From Polymyxa betae A26-41 (lineage: Eukaryota; Protista; Endomyxa: Phytomyxea), in NCBI GenBank assembly GCA_003693705.1, contig RBZT01000649.1:1-39301 (forward strand): a stretch of DNA of 39,301 bases. Direction: 5' to 3'. Both the position numbers and the translations under genes were made by a program. Under the pieces are notes generated by a model. The model was not told the DNA's origin and did no database searches. It was given only the letters and a program-made list of their open reading frames with translations. Positions 25,814 through 37,097 of this stretch are shown here, piece by piece (position 1 is the first letter of the stretch; each line of letters begins with the position of its first letter).

Positions 25814-25951
25814 ATGTTGTATGAATGTTAATAATTTAGAACATTTTATTCACTCCAAATCGCGGTGTGCGCGGCGCCGACGTGGTTGTAAATGACTGAC
25901 GGTTTTGACATTTGAAAGATGACCGTAGTTGTCTCCTACCACTATCAACTC

Positions 25952-26872
25952 ATGAGGCGTTTCCTCGCGTCTATAGTCTTGTTTTGTTTATCGATGGATT
26001 TTGTCAGAGCAGCTGAGAGCAGATCGGTGCTTGTAGAGAGGCGAGCGGTTGATAACGATTCCCAGGAATCTTCCAACGTGATCTTAAGGCGCACATGCAC
26101 TCGCGACATTTGCGATTGTACAGTCTGTCAAGCGAGGCAATGGGCTTTCGATTCCATTGATGATGCCTCCAGTTCCTGTTATCGCTCTGAAGTCGAGCTC
26201 GCCAAAACGGAAAAGCTTTTCGACGAGCGGCAAGCTCGAGCTGAATCTGTAGTTGCTCTGTTACTGGATGCATCTGGAGATATGTTCACAACCATGATGA
26301 ACTGGGCGTTTGAGGATTGCTCTCGGGATGATATTATCGCCGCTTTTTGTGATATCGCGATCTTCAACAATCTCCCTGTGAAGACTGTATTTAAATCTGA
26401 GAATCTGTCGCTTCTGATAGGCTGGCTTCGTTCTGCAACAATTTCCGACTATGATATTGTTCGCTTGCTGTACAAGCAATGGCTGTTAGCTGATGGAGAA
26501 ACGATTCGATGCTTGATCGCTCTATTCCCTCCAGCTGAAGCTGTAATCATTCTCAGGCGAGAATTCAAATTAGACGATCATTCGAGCTCTAAATCCAAAA
26601 CTATATCAAGGATAATGCATGAGCGTCGTAGATTGGCATCTGCTCTGGATCATGCTCGCAAAATCACAAAGAGTAAAGCGAAAATGATCCTTGATGAGAC
26701 CTCTAAAAGACGGCCTGTTATTGGTTTGGCTGTCGAATCGACCTCAAAGCCAGCAGCTTCCGTTCTCACAGTCGATGTATTGAAGAAGCAGCCAGAAAAG
26801 TTGACAGGAGGCGATTGTCTGATCGGAGATCTGTTTCTGTCTCCGCACAATTTGGACTTCAGATTCGTTTGA
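25952..26872 (+). CDS. Single-exon secreted protein of unknown function (effector candidate)
   Basis: Uninterrupted ORF with signal-peptide-like MRRFLASIVLFCLSMDFVRA, Cys cluster CTRDICDCTVC and a helical remainder. Confidence 0.65.
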   Translation: MRRFLASIVLFCLSMDFVRAAESRSVLVERRAVDNDSQESSNVILRRTCTRDICDCTVCQARQWAFDSIDDASSSCYRSEVELAKTEKLFDERQARAESVVALLLDASGDMFTTMMNWAFEDCSRDDIIAAFCDIAIFNNLPVKTVFKSENLSLLIGWLRSATISDYDIVRLLYKQWLLADGETIRCLIALFPPAEAVIILRREFKLDDHSSSKSKTISRIMHERRRLASALDHARKITKSKAKMILDETSKRRPVIGLAVESTSKPAASVLTVDVLKKQPEKLTGGDCLIGDLFLSPHNLDFRFV

Positions 26873-27140
26873 TCTATTTCTTTGGATTTTAACGACTTAC
26901 TATAAATCTGTAACGCCTTATTGCAGATTGTATGAATCTACAATTCTTATAACTTCGGCTAAGCGCTTTCGGAAACCCTGGGGTTTTTATCGTTCTCATA
27001 GGATGGAAACTGGTCTGAATGGAAGATTAAACAGAAAGTGCGCGCTCAATCAGATTCAAAACGAGCAATCCAAAACTGCGCGGGAATTTGTCAAACTCAC
27101 AAGCCGCTTTACAAACTGCGCAGTCTCAAAAATCTCTTCC

Positions 27141-27698
27141 ATGTCGTTCCGATCATGGGCTCGGATGGCGTCTCAATATGCTGCCAGGAGGATGTCTCGT
27201 GTAGCAGTACCCCGTCGGCCATCGTATCGTCCAGCGTTTGATTCGCGTTCTGGACGTGTTCATTACCCGGGCGCCATCTTCGGTGTGCTGGGCTGCAGCG
27301 CTGTGATCTGGAACATCACCGCTGCTGATGATGCTCCGATCTCCATCACACCAACGTTAGATCCAGAGACAGCTACCGAAGAAGATCTGCAGCGAATGAT
27401 GACAACGATGATTGAAGATTCGAAATGTCCATCGTGCGCGAGGGCGATGCTTCAGGGGCCCTGCGGCATTCATCTGCTTCGATTATTACTCTGCTACAGC
27501 AAGGGCGACGATCAGCAGAATATCGAATCGTGTGCATTGAAGTATGGCCCGGCGTTGACCGCCTGCATGGAGAAGCATCGCGCGTATTACGGGCTGGATG
27601 ATGCCCAGCCATCGGAACCAACATCGACGAAGTCCCCGGTGTCAGATGGCCGGCAATCTCCAGACAGTGAACTAATAGCCGCTGATGAAAGACAATAA
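27141..27698 (+). CDS. Mia40/GCK-like twin-Cys helical hairpin protein with presequence and hydrophobic segment
   Basis: Arg-rich N-terminus, GAIFGVLGCSAVIWNI, then CPSC..GPCGIHLLRLLLC (CX9C)..CALKYGPALTAC (CX10C) MEKHRAYY. Confidence 0.7.
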   Translation: MSFRSWARMASQYAARRMSRVAVPRRPSYRPAFDSRSGRVHYPGAIFGVLGCSAVIWNITAADDAPISITPTLDPETATEEDLQRMMTTMIEDSKCPSCARAMLQGPCGIHLLRLLLCYSKGDDQQNIESCALKYGPALTACMEKHRAYYGLDDAQPSEPTSTKSPVSDGRQSPDSELIAADERQ

Positions 27699-28539
27699 AG
27701 GCGCTTCGTCATTGTTGCAGTTCACCTCATTGCTTTGCTGTGAGATGTTGTTGCAAGCAGAGGGTGTTCTATGAGCCTGCTTTTGTCTTTGTTTAAGAGC
27801 ACAACGTTATATGGTGAATTCAGTCAGCAGAGATCCATCGCAGAGCTGCCTGATAGAGCTTGTTCCGTACAATCGGCTCTGCAAAAGAGTCCTTTCTAAG
27901 CGCCCGTTCTCAAAAAACTGCTCTCGTCATTATTGCTGCAGTGCAGCATTCCTTGCAACTAATGATTGCCACTTCACGATAGCAACAGTCGGCGTCAGGA
28001 TTGACATAATGGAGCACCTGAATGCCTGGTCCTTATCGATGAGGTATTACATGGCTGGTTATCGAGTGCGCTTCAGCCGATGTTGTAACAAAATGCTACA
28101 AAAAACGGTTGCACAGGGCTCTTTCAAAATCTTCACCAAGAGAGAAGTACCAACCTTTGGAGGATCGCTGGCATCAATAATGAGATCATTTTGGGAGCTG
28201 GCAACTGCTGGGCTCCCTGATCTGTTTCAGAAAAAACAACAATAGTAAATTGAATAAAATTGATAATTTCGGAAAATCCATAAAAATACTTTGAAAAGAC
28301 GGCTTGATCGTTGCCGGCGTGGTCCGCCACCACGGCGCTGGGACCTGTACTGCCACGTGCCCAGATGTCCGATTGGTATCAGTACAGACGCCTCTCGGCC
28401 GTCTGCAATCAGCGAGAACGGCCCGCAGGCGATGGCAATACAGCCCCATCATCGCTTGCAACGCTGCCGACCATTAGCGCCGCTTGTTGACACAGAACAA
28501 CAAATCGAATACATTCTATTCAGTGATGATCCTACGAGT

Positions 28540-29778
28540 CATGGTCCATGAGCATGATGTTATGCAAACGATTTTGACTCAGACGGGGGTCAGCTCTGGA
28601 TGCCAGTACCCCATTCAAGAGTGCCTCTTATGACCACTTCATGATTAAGAAACGAGCGCATAAAAAAATAACCATATTCTCCAACAGAAGATGCATCCAG
28701 GGCCCTTACCAACAGGGCTAGTGCTCAATCTGCAAAAATAGCAAGATATAATAGTTCATGATGTTTTAATCGAGATACCGATAGTAGACAGAATGCTTGA
28801 GATCCTTGCACATTCGAATTTGTCATATGAGACGGTACTGGAAGACAAGCTGCTAACGGGAAAGCTGTAACGTTTGCCTGCAAATTGGACATGAGCAAAA
28901 ACAACCAGGTTGGTACATATGACGAAGAATTTCTAGGAAAGCACTTCCGAATCGACATTTCTTCAGTTCCATGGTTGCCACCGATTCGAACAACTTCGAA
29001 AGTTCGAATTAAAGTCGCGATCACGACGCAGATTTTTACGATTGGTCGACAAATAGAAAACTGTGAAGATTGACGACAGACTTGATGACCAGCCTCAACC
29101 TAGCTTGATCATGTAGAGCAGAAAGAACTATAATAAAAAAGCATATAACTCCACCAATGTGTGTCTACTGGGAAAAGTGTAAATACCGTACGATCCCGGG
29201 GAAATAACCACCACAACGCACTTTTTTCCCAAATTCAATTTCTGGAGACGAAAAATGGACTTCGCCAAATTTTTTGTTTTATATACTGTACTGATAGTTT
29301 CTCTGCTTCTTTGGAAACGTTCTTGAGCATCCCTATTTTTAGAGCTGTGGGACACAATACAGAGAAAAATTGCAATCATCTCATCAACATCCATATTGCG
29401 TGTACTCTGCAAACCTCCAGATATTACGAGCTCACGCTTGAGCTTGTTAAAATTGGGTGTACTCATGCGAAGGGTCTCGTATATACGAACTGGGTTACCA
29501 CTCATTAATTCTATCACCCATTCGGCTCCTTGGAGCCCCGATGTTCTACATGGGTCCTTGACACAGTAAGATTGGACATACCACTCTCCTACGAGGCATG
29601 ACGCAGCTCGATTTCTTCGCTGAAGAGAATCGTATTCGTCATCATCAGAGGAACTCATGATCGTTTGGTGCGACATAACCTACGTAAACCCGTATTTTGC
29701 GCAAACCGGTTTTATCATTAGGAAGAACTAGTTTGCGGATAAACCGGATTTGAAATTCCGTGGCATCCAAACGGGCCC
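28540..29778 (-). mobile_element. PIF/Harbinger DNA transposon relic: one TIR plus the 5' part of the transposase
   Basis: Minus strand tta-GGGCCCGTTTGGATGCCA (29761-29778, TAA/TTA flank). ORF 29128-29676 has GAEWVIELM..RIYETLRMS..EMIAIFL..RDAQERFQRSRETIS. A possible LHN remnant lies near 28560. DDE core not seen; left boundary uncertain. Confidence 0.82.
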
Positions 29779-30014
29779 TAAGACCCTGGTTCAAGTAAAT
29801 AGGTAGACGCCTCGGACTATCTCAGAAATTGCGGTCAAAGTATAATAGATCGCCCATCAATTTAGTAAGAAATAAGATCAACAGTTTCTGCGTGAGTGGC
29901 GCAACAAATTCTGAGTCAGTACAGACTGGTCGCGCAATGACAATGCTTGCCTTGCTTCCAATTTAGCTTCGATGTAGTTTTCCACTTGTGATCGTTGAAA
30001 TCTAACCTGTGCAA

Positions 30015-30460
30015 ATGAGCTCTGAGCAGATATCAACGTTATTACCCAACGGGTTCAGCCAAGAATCCTCCCCTGTCACTGCAACCGACACCAATGCAGC
30101 AACGCCTTCGAAAGGAAAGGGACGAAAACCGAAATCAGAGAAATCTGATGAAAGGGATTTGCGGTGGACGATCCCGATGATCGAGACGCTACTGAAGGTT
30201 CGTCGAGAGACACACGTAAAGTACTTTCAGAGCAAGCATAATCCGAAAGCGGCGGGTGAAGGCTGGGCTTTAGTTGTGAAGGACTGGTGCCAACGCCCAG
30301 CAGCATGAACGGAATGTTCCGTTAAGCAAGATTCGTCCGAAGTACGATGCACTCCTGAAAAAGTGGAGGGATTTCAGGCCAACTGAAACGGAATCAAAGA
30401 AGACTGATAACGTAAAACCTGATCCTAACACCATAGATGATCCAGTTCTGGCTGTATATA
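30015..30460 (+). pseudogene. Myb/SANT (trihelix)-like DNA-binding gene relic, Harbinger ORF1 type
   Basis: LRWTIPMIETLLKVR..GWALV then a stop and frameshift to KYDALLKKWRDF. Confidence 0.65.
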
Positions 30461-30665
30461 GGGGTCTCGTCTTCCCGCCCCCTCCCCTGCCCCATCAGGT
30501 GCGCTTGCAAAAATTTCACAAAATTTTCACACGATGGTTTGAAACCGAAATTTAATCGTTTTGATGACTGTGGTTAACACAATCAAAAGTTTGTGTCTGA
30601 TGGTTTGTCTGAATCTTTTTGCCCCTTCGCACGCTTTGAGTACGACTCAATCGGTGTCAGAACGT

Positions 30666-32282
30666 ATGGGAAATCCGTCCACGTTCGGCCGCACAAACTG
30701 GCACCTGGAGGATGTCCTTGGAGGTAACGGATCGAGGGCGTTTATTCAAACACATCGCCCACCAGGCGATGCGGCTGGTGGTCCACATGTTTCACTGTAC
30801 CATCCCACTTTCGGAAAGAATTTCTAAAAGAAAGCACCTCGATCATACCTGATCGTAACGATTGTTCCACCACTGCCAAATTTATCGCAGCCATGTCACT
30901 TTATTATGAACAGGAGAAAGATCGCCGCCAGAGTGCTGGCATTAACATACTACAGGGTTATTTTGATAGAACGTAAGAACGATATCTTCACCAGTTTATC
31001 AGCTCACGGATGGAACGATCATGTTCACACAACAATCTCTTCAGGCCATGATCGCAAATTTTAAATTTAAAGCTGAAAGTGGCCGTGGTGGGTCGGACGC
31101 TGTCATGCAAAATGTGGGATATTTTGTAACAAAAATACATGGACTGCGGGGTTCTTTTTAGAACAGCTTCCAAAACGACTGGAAGCACTGCTAGATGCTG
31201 ACGAAAAAAAGTCACTGATGGCGCAAGTTAATCGTCTTTTTAAAGAAAAAGCTCTGAAAAAAATCGGAGATGTAATTCAAAAGGCCGAAGACGAACTTAA
31301 ACATGAATACATCCGCGAAAAAATCAAGGAGGCTATCAATGATCAGAAAGTTTTTAAAGCCGTATCGGCTGAAACTAGTAAGACTGCGATAGAAGTTTAA
31401 AAAGACGAAGGAGTGTGCCATTGCTCGAATCGCGTCTTATCACATCACAATTGTCGGCCCAACATTGACGATCTATGATGAAGTGTACCTCAGCAATGAC
31501 AAAGGGATATTTGTGGATCCATTGACGCCCGCTTTGCACCTGTTGCTGATGCAAGACGATCCATGGGCGATGAAACGACTCGCATCGACTCTGCGCGCTC
31601 TCAAAAATTCGTTCACAAACCTGGAGAATGCCTATCGGATTGATTTCAGTACAGGTTGTGAATTGGACCAGCGTGGATTCCCATATTCCACAGAGCGTTC
31701 CAGCCATTATACCTTCAAGTGCACCAAACAAATGTCACGTCACGTTTTCCTTGCCACAGTGGACTTCAATGATGGGACCCGGCGTAACTCGACTCCTGCA
31801 GTTGGTACGTCCGTTGTTGTTAAATTCTCCAACATCGGTTTTGTCGCGACCCTACGATGTCCTGACTAATGCGAAAATCGTTTACCCCAACGTTATGGAC
31901 ATACTACGAGCTAGATCCATGGTGGCATGTCACCGTATCCGATTTCATTCCGGATGCAGAACATTATGTCCCATCACCAGTGCACAATCGTCGCTTGAAA
32001 ACTGCTGTGAAGGCACTCCATGATGCATCAATTGTACATGGCGATCTGAGACCCCCTAATGTATTGGTTGTCCGTGGTTCCGAACTAATCTACATAATTG
32101 ATTCTGAATTCGCTGGGCGTTGCAGTCGCGGCGCAAAATACCCCCTGTTTTTGAATCATATCGCGATTGACTGGCCGGATGTCGTATCGGATGCAGCGCT
32201 AATGAAGATAGAGCATGATAATGAGATGCTGACTCTGTCAAACAGCCGTCGCCATGTGCGCGTGCATCAACCGATATTGTGA
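30666..32282 (+). pseudogene. Crinkler-type REase + protein kinase pseudogene with frameshifts and an internal insertion
   Basis: HRPP..VSLYHPTFG; KFKAESGRGGSDAVMQNVGYF; IVGPTL..VDPLTP; VVVKF; LHDASIVHGDLRPPNVL..IIDSEFAG..YPLFLN..DWP..HDNEML. Motifs fall in different frames. Confidence 0.8.
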
Positions 32283-32519
32283 TCAAGGGTCTCGTGCCCA
32301 GCCGTACTTTGACCTTCTTTATGTTAATACATCATTCTGCTATTTCAATCCCTAGTAGCGCCTCCTAAGTTCGCTTGCTCCTATCAGACTCGTCTAACTG
32401 GAGATCGAGTGGATTGAGTGCTTGTTACAGTGCTGATTCCTCACGCACTTGAAAAAAATCAGCAAATTTCATTTCGACCTGATATATTGATTTATACAAA
32501 TTCCGATTACAGTTAGGGA

Positions 32520-33920
32520 ATAATGTTTGGGTGGATTGATGGAGAGGGGAAATTCGTCGCTTAGTCAGGCTCGCTTCCGATACGTTCCAGGCACTTAATC
32601 GATCTTCCAGTAATGTTAGGATGGTCGCGGGCCAGTGCGGTACTTATGGATATCAAGATGGTCATGGATTATCTGGGAATGCTCTCAGGCTGCTGTTCGA
32701 TCAGAATCGAAGTCGTCTCTATGCATCAGATTACAGGAACGGTCGTATTTGGCAATATGACCGCATCAATCGAATATAGTATCGACAATAGCAGGAAATG
32801 GGATCACTTCATGCGACGCTTTTCGGTTTGCTGCAGAGTCTTTAGATTCGCCTTTGTATATGACATTGGACTCAAATGACGACCTGGTTCGCATTGATCA
32901 TGGGAACCCTAACCCCAGCTAAAAGGTTATGCAAAGACTCATAATCAATGGACCTGGTATTGCTGCTGCCATTACTGGATTGGATTAAAACTAGTTTAGG
33001 TGATGTGACACCAGGGCGGCGCTCTTTCCCATCGCTCAGGGCCCTGAGTCCGTAATTCCGTGACGATCACAGAACTTCACCCATTCAAGGCAACCGTTTA
33101 CGAGGGCGTTGCCTGTCCACCGGCCTCTAAGACATTTCTCCCACAATTGGTACCACGCTGTGTGATAGCATCGTAAATTCGTCAGAAATAAACTACCTTG
33201 GTTCGACTCGGGCCTTGGACCTCTCGAGTATTTAATAAAGTGCACGACAGCTACACGGCCACTGCTGCCATTACTGTAGTGATATTTCCTTCTGTCATTG
33301 CTGACACGATATTCAATCCAAATCGATATTAAGGCGACATCAGCTATTATGGGATCGCTGTTGATAGCCACGAAAGCATCTTCAAACCCAGATAGAATCC
33401 CTGCTATTGATCGTTATTTCTGTATCTTACCAGGCTGCAGCCAGATGAAGTTTTTGAATACGTTTGGTCAGTTGGTGTTTCAATAGTTACAGCTGGGCCT
33501 GGCATTGAACCATAAAACGACCCTGATCTATGCTTGCAATTCTGTCACATCAAATGCTCTCTTCGTATTCAGTGGCTCTGGATTTGATCTTCTCAATATC
33601 CAATCAGACATACGGATACGATATCAGTGTCGACGATAGGACTGGTCAATGTGATACAAGCGGGTTCCGTGAAGGCCGTGCGCAATCCGTCCTGTTCGCT
33701 TTCCGCAGTCAGATTGTTCTAATCTGCTCATCAGATTATACGATTCAGTATCAAGAACAGTGACGATTCTAGACGGAAACGGAACCCTCTCTGGCTTTAA
33801 CAATGGCGCTGCGCTTTCATCTGCCATTGGCTGCCCAGCATACCCATCTCTTGATCCAAATGGCGATATTGTGTTTATATCACATCTATCTTCTGATCGA
33901 GTATCTGATTCCGTGATTTA
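32520..33920 (+). pseudogene. NHL-repeat (beta-propeller) protein pseudogene
   Basis: Fragments VRMVAGQCGTYGYQDG..RLYASDYRNGRI, TGQCDTSGFREG and DCSNLLIRLYDSVSRTVTILDGNGTLSGFNNG..DPNGDIVFIS, separated by stops and frameshifts. Confidence 0.65.
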
Positions 33921-35162
33921 AGAGGTTGACACTCAACAGGCCATCAGCTCTGTCTCCGTCAACTAACAGTGTTAAATTCTTGCGAATGCAAACAGAAGCT
34001 GATTTGGTTGATATCAATCGATCCAATCTGTAAAAAGGGCTCAACAATTACTTTAGCTGAATGAAGGGAAGGCGGTTCATGGAAGATCAGGCGAGATATA
34101 TCTGGCTGGAGATCAGCATATTTCTATGCTCTCTCGTATAGACAATACGATCGAGTATTTAAGCGATCGTGCGCCATTACAACTTCCAGTGAGACACGAT
34201 AGTGACGCCGATACATTACTGAGTCAAGATCTGTCCCATTGGACAACACGATCAACAAAAAAAACGGTTACAAAATCTGGCCATGTTCGCCTTCAACGTT
34301 CCTGCGACGGCTGTAGATGATGCTCGAGAAAATGGCTTTTCATCAAGACAACAATATCGTAGTTTTAGGCCCCAGACCCATAATCGTCATACTGGCCAGT
34401 ATGTAGGTTTATCTTACACCGCGACGGAAGGGTAAGCTGTATGGCCACCTTCATCGCAGTGATATCTGCACGCTCTAACTCCAACGAGTCCATTGCTCTT
34501 TCTCCAGCCTCATCTCCTGCAAAACTCGTTGTCACATTTCTCCGCACTTACTCACAATCAGTGTTGGGCTCATAAACAGGTTGAAGAATTCTTCTCCCAA
34601 TTTCATTGTTTCGCCATTTGCTCATAATTGCATTGCTGCTTCAATCCTCAAATCCGCCAGAGCCAACAAAAACAGCAATGGTGACCAGATTACTTAACTC
34701 TGATGGGAAACATCAACAGCCTGTAACAAAATTCGCTTGTTGTGTGATACAGATGACAAATAAACCAAAAGGAACACATTTAGTTTGTTTTTGATACTTT
34801 CTAACAATAAAACTGGAGCATGATATCAGGTCGAATTTGCTGCAAAGTGGAAATCGCGGAGCTCGCCCGTCGGGCATACCGGCCATCGACTGATTCCGCG
34901 ACCCGCAGTGCTGTCGGAGCGCGCGCTACTCGGGCTGAGATAGACCACTCCGATCTGTCGCGACTGGGCTGCGTTCGTAGCTGGTCTCAGCCGAGGTCCA
35001 GCAGACGTTCACTTTATTACAGAGAGATAATCATTCATCCGGAAACCTGCCGCATTTATATCACCAGAATCAGATTTCGTGCCGCGCAACTTTTGATTTT
35101 CATATTTTTCGTCACTGGAAGCGATCAAATTTTTTTTCACAGAAGCACGATGTCCTTTATTG

Positions 35163-36826
35163 CTAAGTTCGACGTGGGATGAGACGACCCCAGACCCCAT
35201 TCTTCGGGCTCGGGAACAGACTCTCGTACGACGGCTCGAACGTCTGCCCGGGTCGGAATTCGAACTCGAACTGGGCCAGCAGGGCGGCGATCACGACCCG
35301 GATCTGGGTCAGGGCCAGATACCGGCCCGGGCATTCACGGACTCCGCCGGAGAACGGCAGGTACGCACACTTCACCGACCCCTCGGGCATCTCACAGACC
35401 GATCCGTCCGCTTTCAGGAACCGCTCCGGCTGGAACGCGTCCGCGTCGGGCCAGTACGCCGGATGCCGCGACAGCAACGCAGTCCCGACAAAGACGATGG
35501 TGCCGGCCGGAATCGGGACGCCATCGATCTCGATGTCTTTGGCCACGTTGCGGCCGAGCCCGGGCGCCGGCGGGCGAAGGCGCAGCGTTTCCAGTACGGT
35601 CGCGTGGAGATACGGCATCCGTTCCAAGTCCGTGAGTGTGAGCGCGCGGCGTCCGCCCAGGACAGAGTCGACTTCGGCTCGGCATTTGGCTCGGACGGCC
35701 GGGTGCTCACAGAGCACCGCCATCAACGAGGTCATGGCCGCGGTCACCGCGTCTTTGCCTAGACGTACGGTGAGTCCGATTGTGTAACGGAATCGCGAGT
35801 GGGCAACGTTACCGCCCACCATCGTCTGCATGAGTTCGTCGCGGATCTGGTCATGGCTGAGTTCGTTGCCGTGCCGATCGCGATAGAGTAGCTGGGCCTC
35901 TATGAACGGAGTCTGTTTGGGGTCAGCGATTCTTGCGTTCGTCATAGTGAGGAGTTCGTTGTTGATGGGGTCCCGGGGCAGACCCCGGCGTCTTTCTTCT
36001 ATCGTCTCGTCCAGAAATACACGAATGCGATCCCGCAACTTGCGCAGTTTGTATTTCACAGGGAGCGGCAGCCAGCTGAGCGTCCGCGACACGACCATCG
36101 GGGTTTCCGCATACTGTGTCGCCAGCTTCATCATTGCGTTGAAGGCTTCGTAAATTTCCAACGGCACGTTACGTCCCAGAACGATCCGCGAGATCGTCTT
36201 GAACGAAACCCTGTGAAAGAATTCATCGAAGTTGATGTCCTTGTCGGTGAATCCCCTGCACGTAAAACCCTAAGCCCTAGCCTGAAATGTCAACAGCTGA
36301 CGTACTCTAAGAAGCCGTCCTCCTGAATGAAGTCCCGTATCATCTCCGCGTATTGCGTCTGCAGATTCGGGCGCAGAGTCGGACTGACGAGGGCGCGTCG
36401 ACTGCGGTGCGCGGCCGCGCTCAAATTGCCCAGGGCGAGCGGCCCCATGGGCTCCATCAGCAGACGGACCAGAATCATCTGTTCCAGTGAGTCGCGGTCC
36501 CCACCGATCTGATGGGTCAGTACGGCCTGGGCCAGGTCCGGGTCGAGGATCATGAACGACGGGTGCGGGCCGAAGAAGAACATCTTGATGCGGCCGCTGT
36601 CGGCGATGGCCGCGCCCGTACGCTGCAGCAGCTCGCGCCGGAACCACAACAGGTCGCCGATTAGGGGCAGAGGCCGCCCCGACAGGACCAGGTCACCTGG
36701 AGGCCTCGCCCTCGAGAGCCGCTGATACTTGTGGTAGACCATCTGCGGCCGGACCAGCAGCTGAAACCCGAGGACCAGTACGACGCCGATCACGAAGACC
36801 TTCAGGCACGTCAGCAACGCCTGCAT
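35163..36826 (-). CDS. Cytochrome P450, 3 exons (introns 36256-36305 and 35759-35812)
   Basis: N-terminal membrane anchor, PLPLIGDL hinge, ETLRL (ExxR), FQPERF and heme motif PFSGGVRECPG. Both introns are GT-AG and in frame. Confidence 0.95.
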
Positions 36827-36971
36827 TGAGGTTCGGGCAGGTTAGAGATATGCCCAGCCAGCCCGGTCGAAAAGGCCGCTGGGAAAACCCCCAACTCCGC
36901 CACAGAGTTAAGGGGCTCATCAGCCATGCGCAACCTGCGCCAATGCGTGACAAGGAGACCACCCATACCAG

Positions 36972-37097
36972 AATGATATTATTGAAACAAAAAACCCAAA
37001 AATATCACGTTATAGGGTCTTATAACGTGATATTATTGAAAAACGATTTCAAAAATATCACATTAAAAGACCTTTTAATTATGGGTGGCAACTTATG
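36972..37097. repeat. AT-rich foldback segment between the P450 5' region and the LTR
   Basis: Perfect 14-bp stem aatatcacgttata/tataacgtgatatt (37001-37034); tgatattattgaaa..aaaaatatcac occurs twice. Confidence 0.65.

Noticed and set aside
27811-28551. Several 66-144 aa ORFs
   Set aside because: No recognisable domains; probably decayed repeat-region sequence.
33195-33215. tRNA gene suggested by ggttcgactc
   Set aside because: No cloverleaf or acceptor stem can be formed around it.
35160-35787. Long plus-strand ORFs (200 and 202 aa)
   Set aside because: Antisense shadows of the GC-rich P450 exon.
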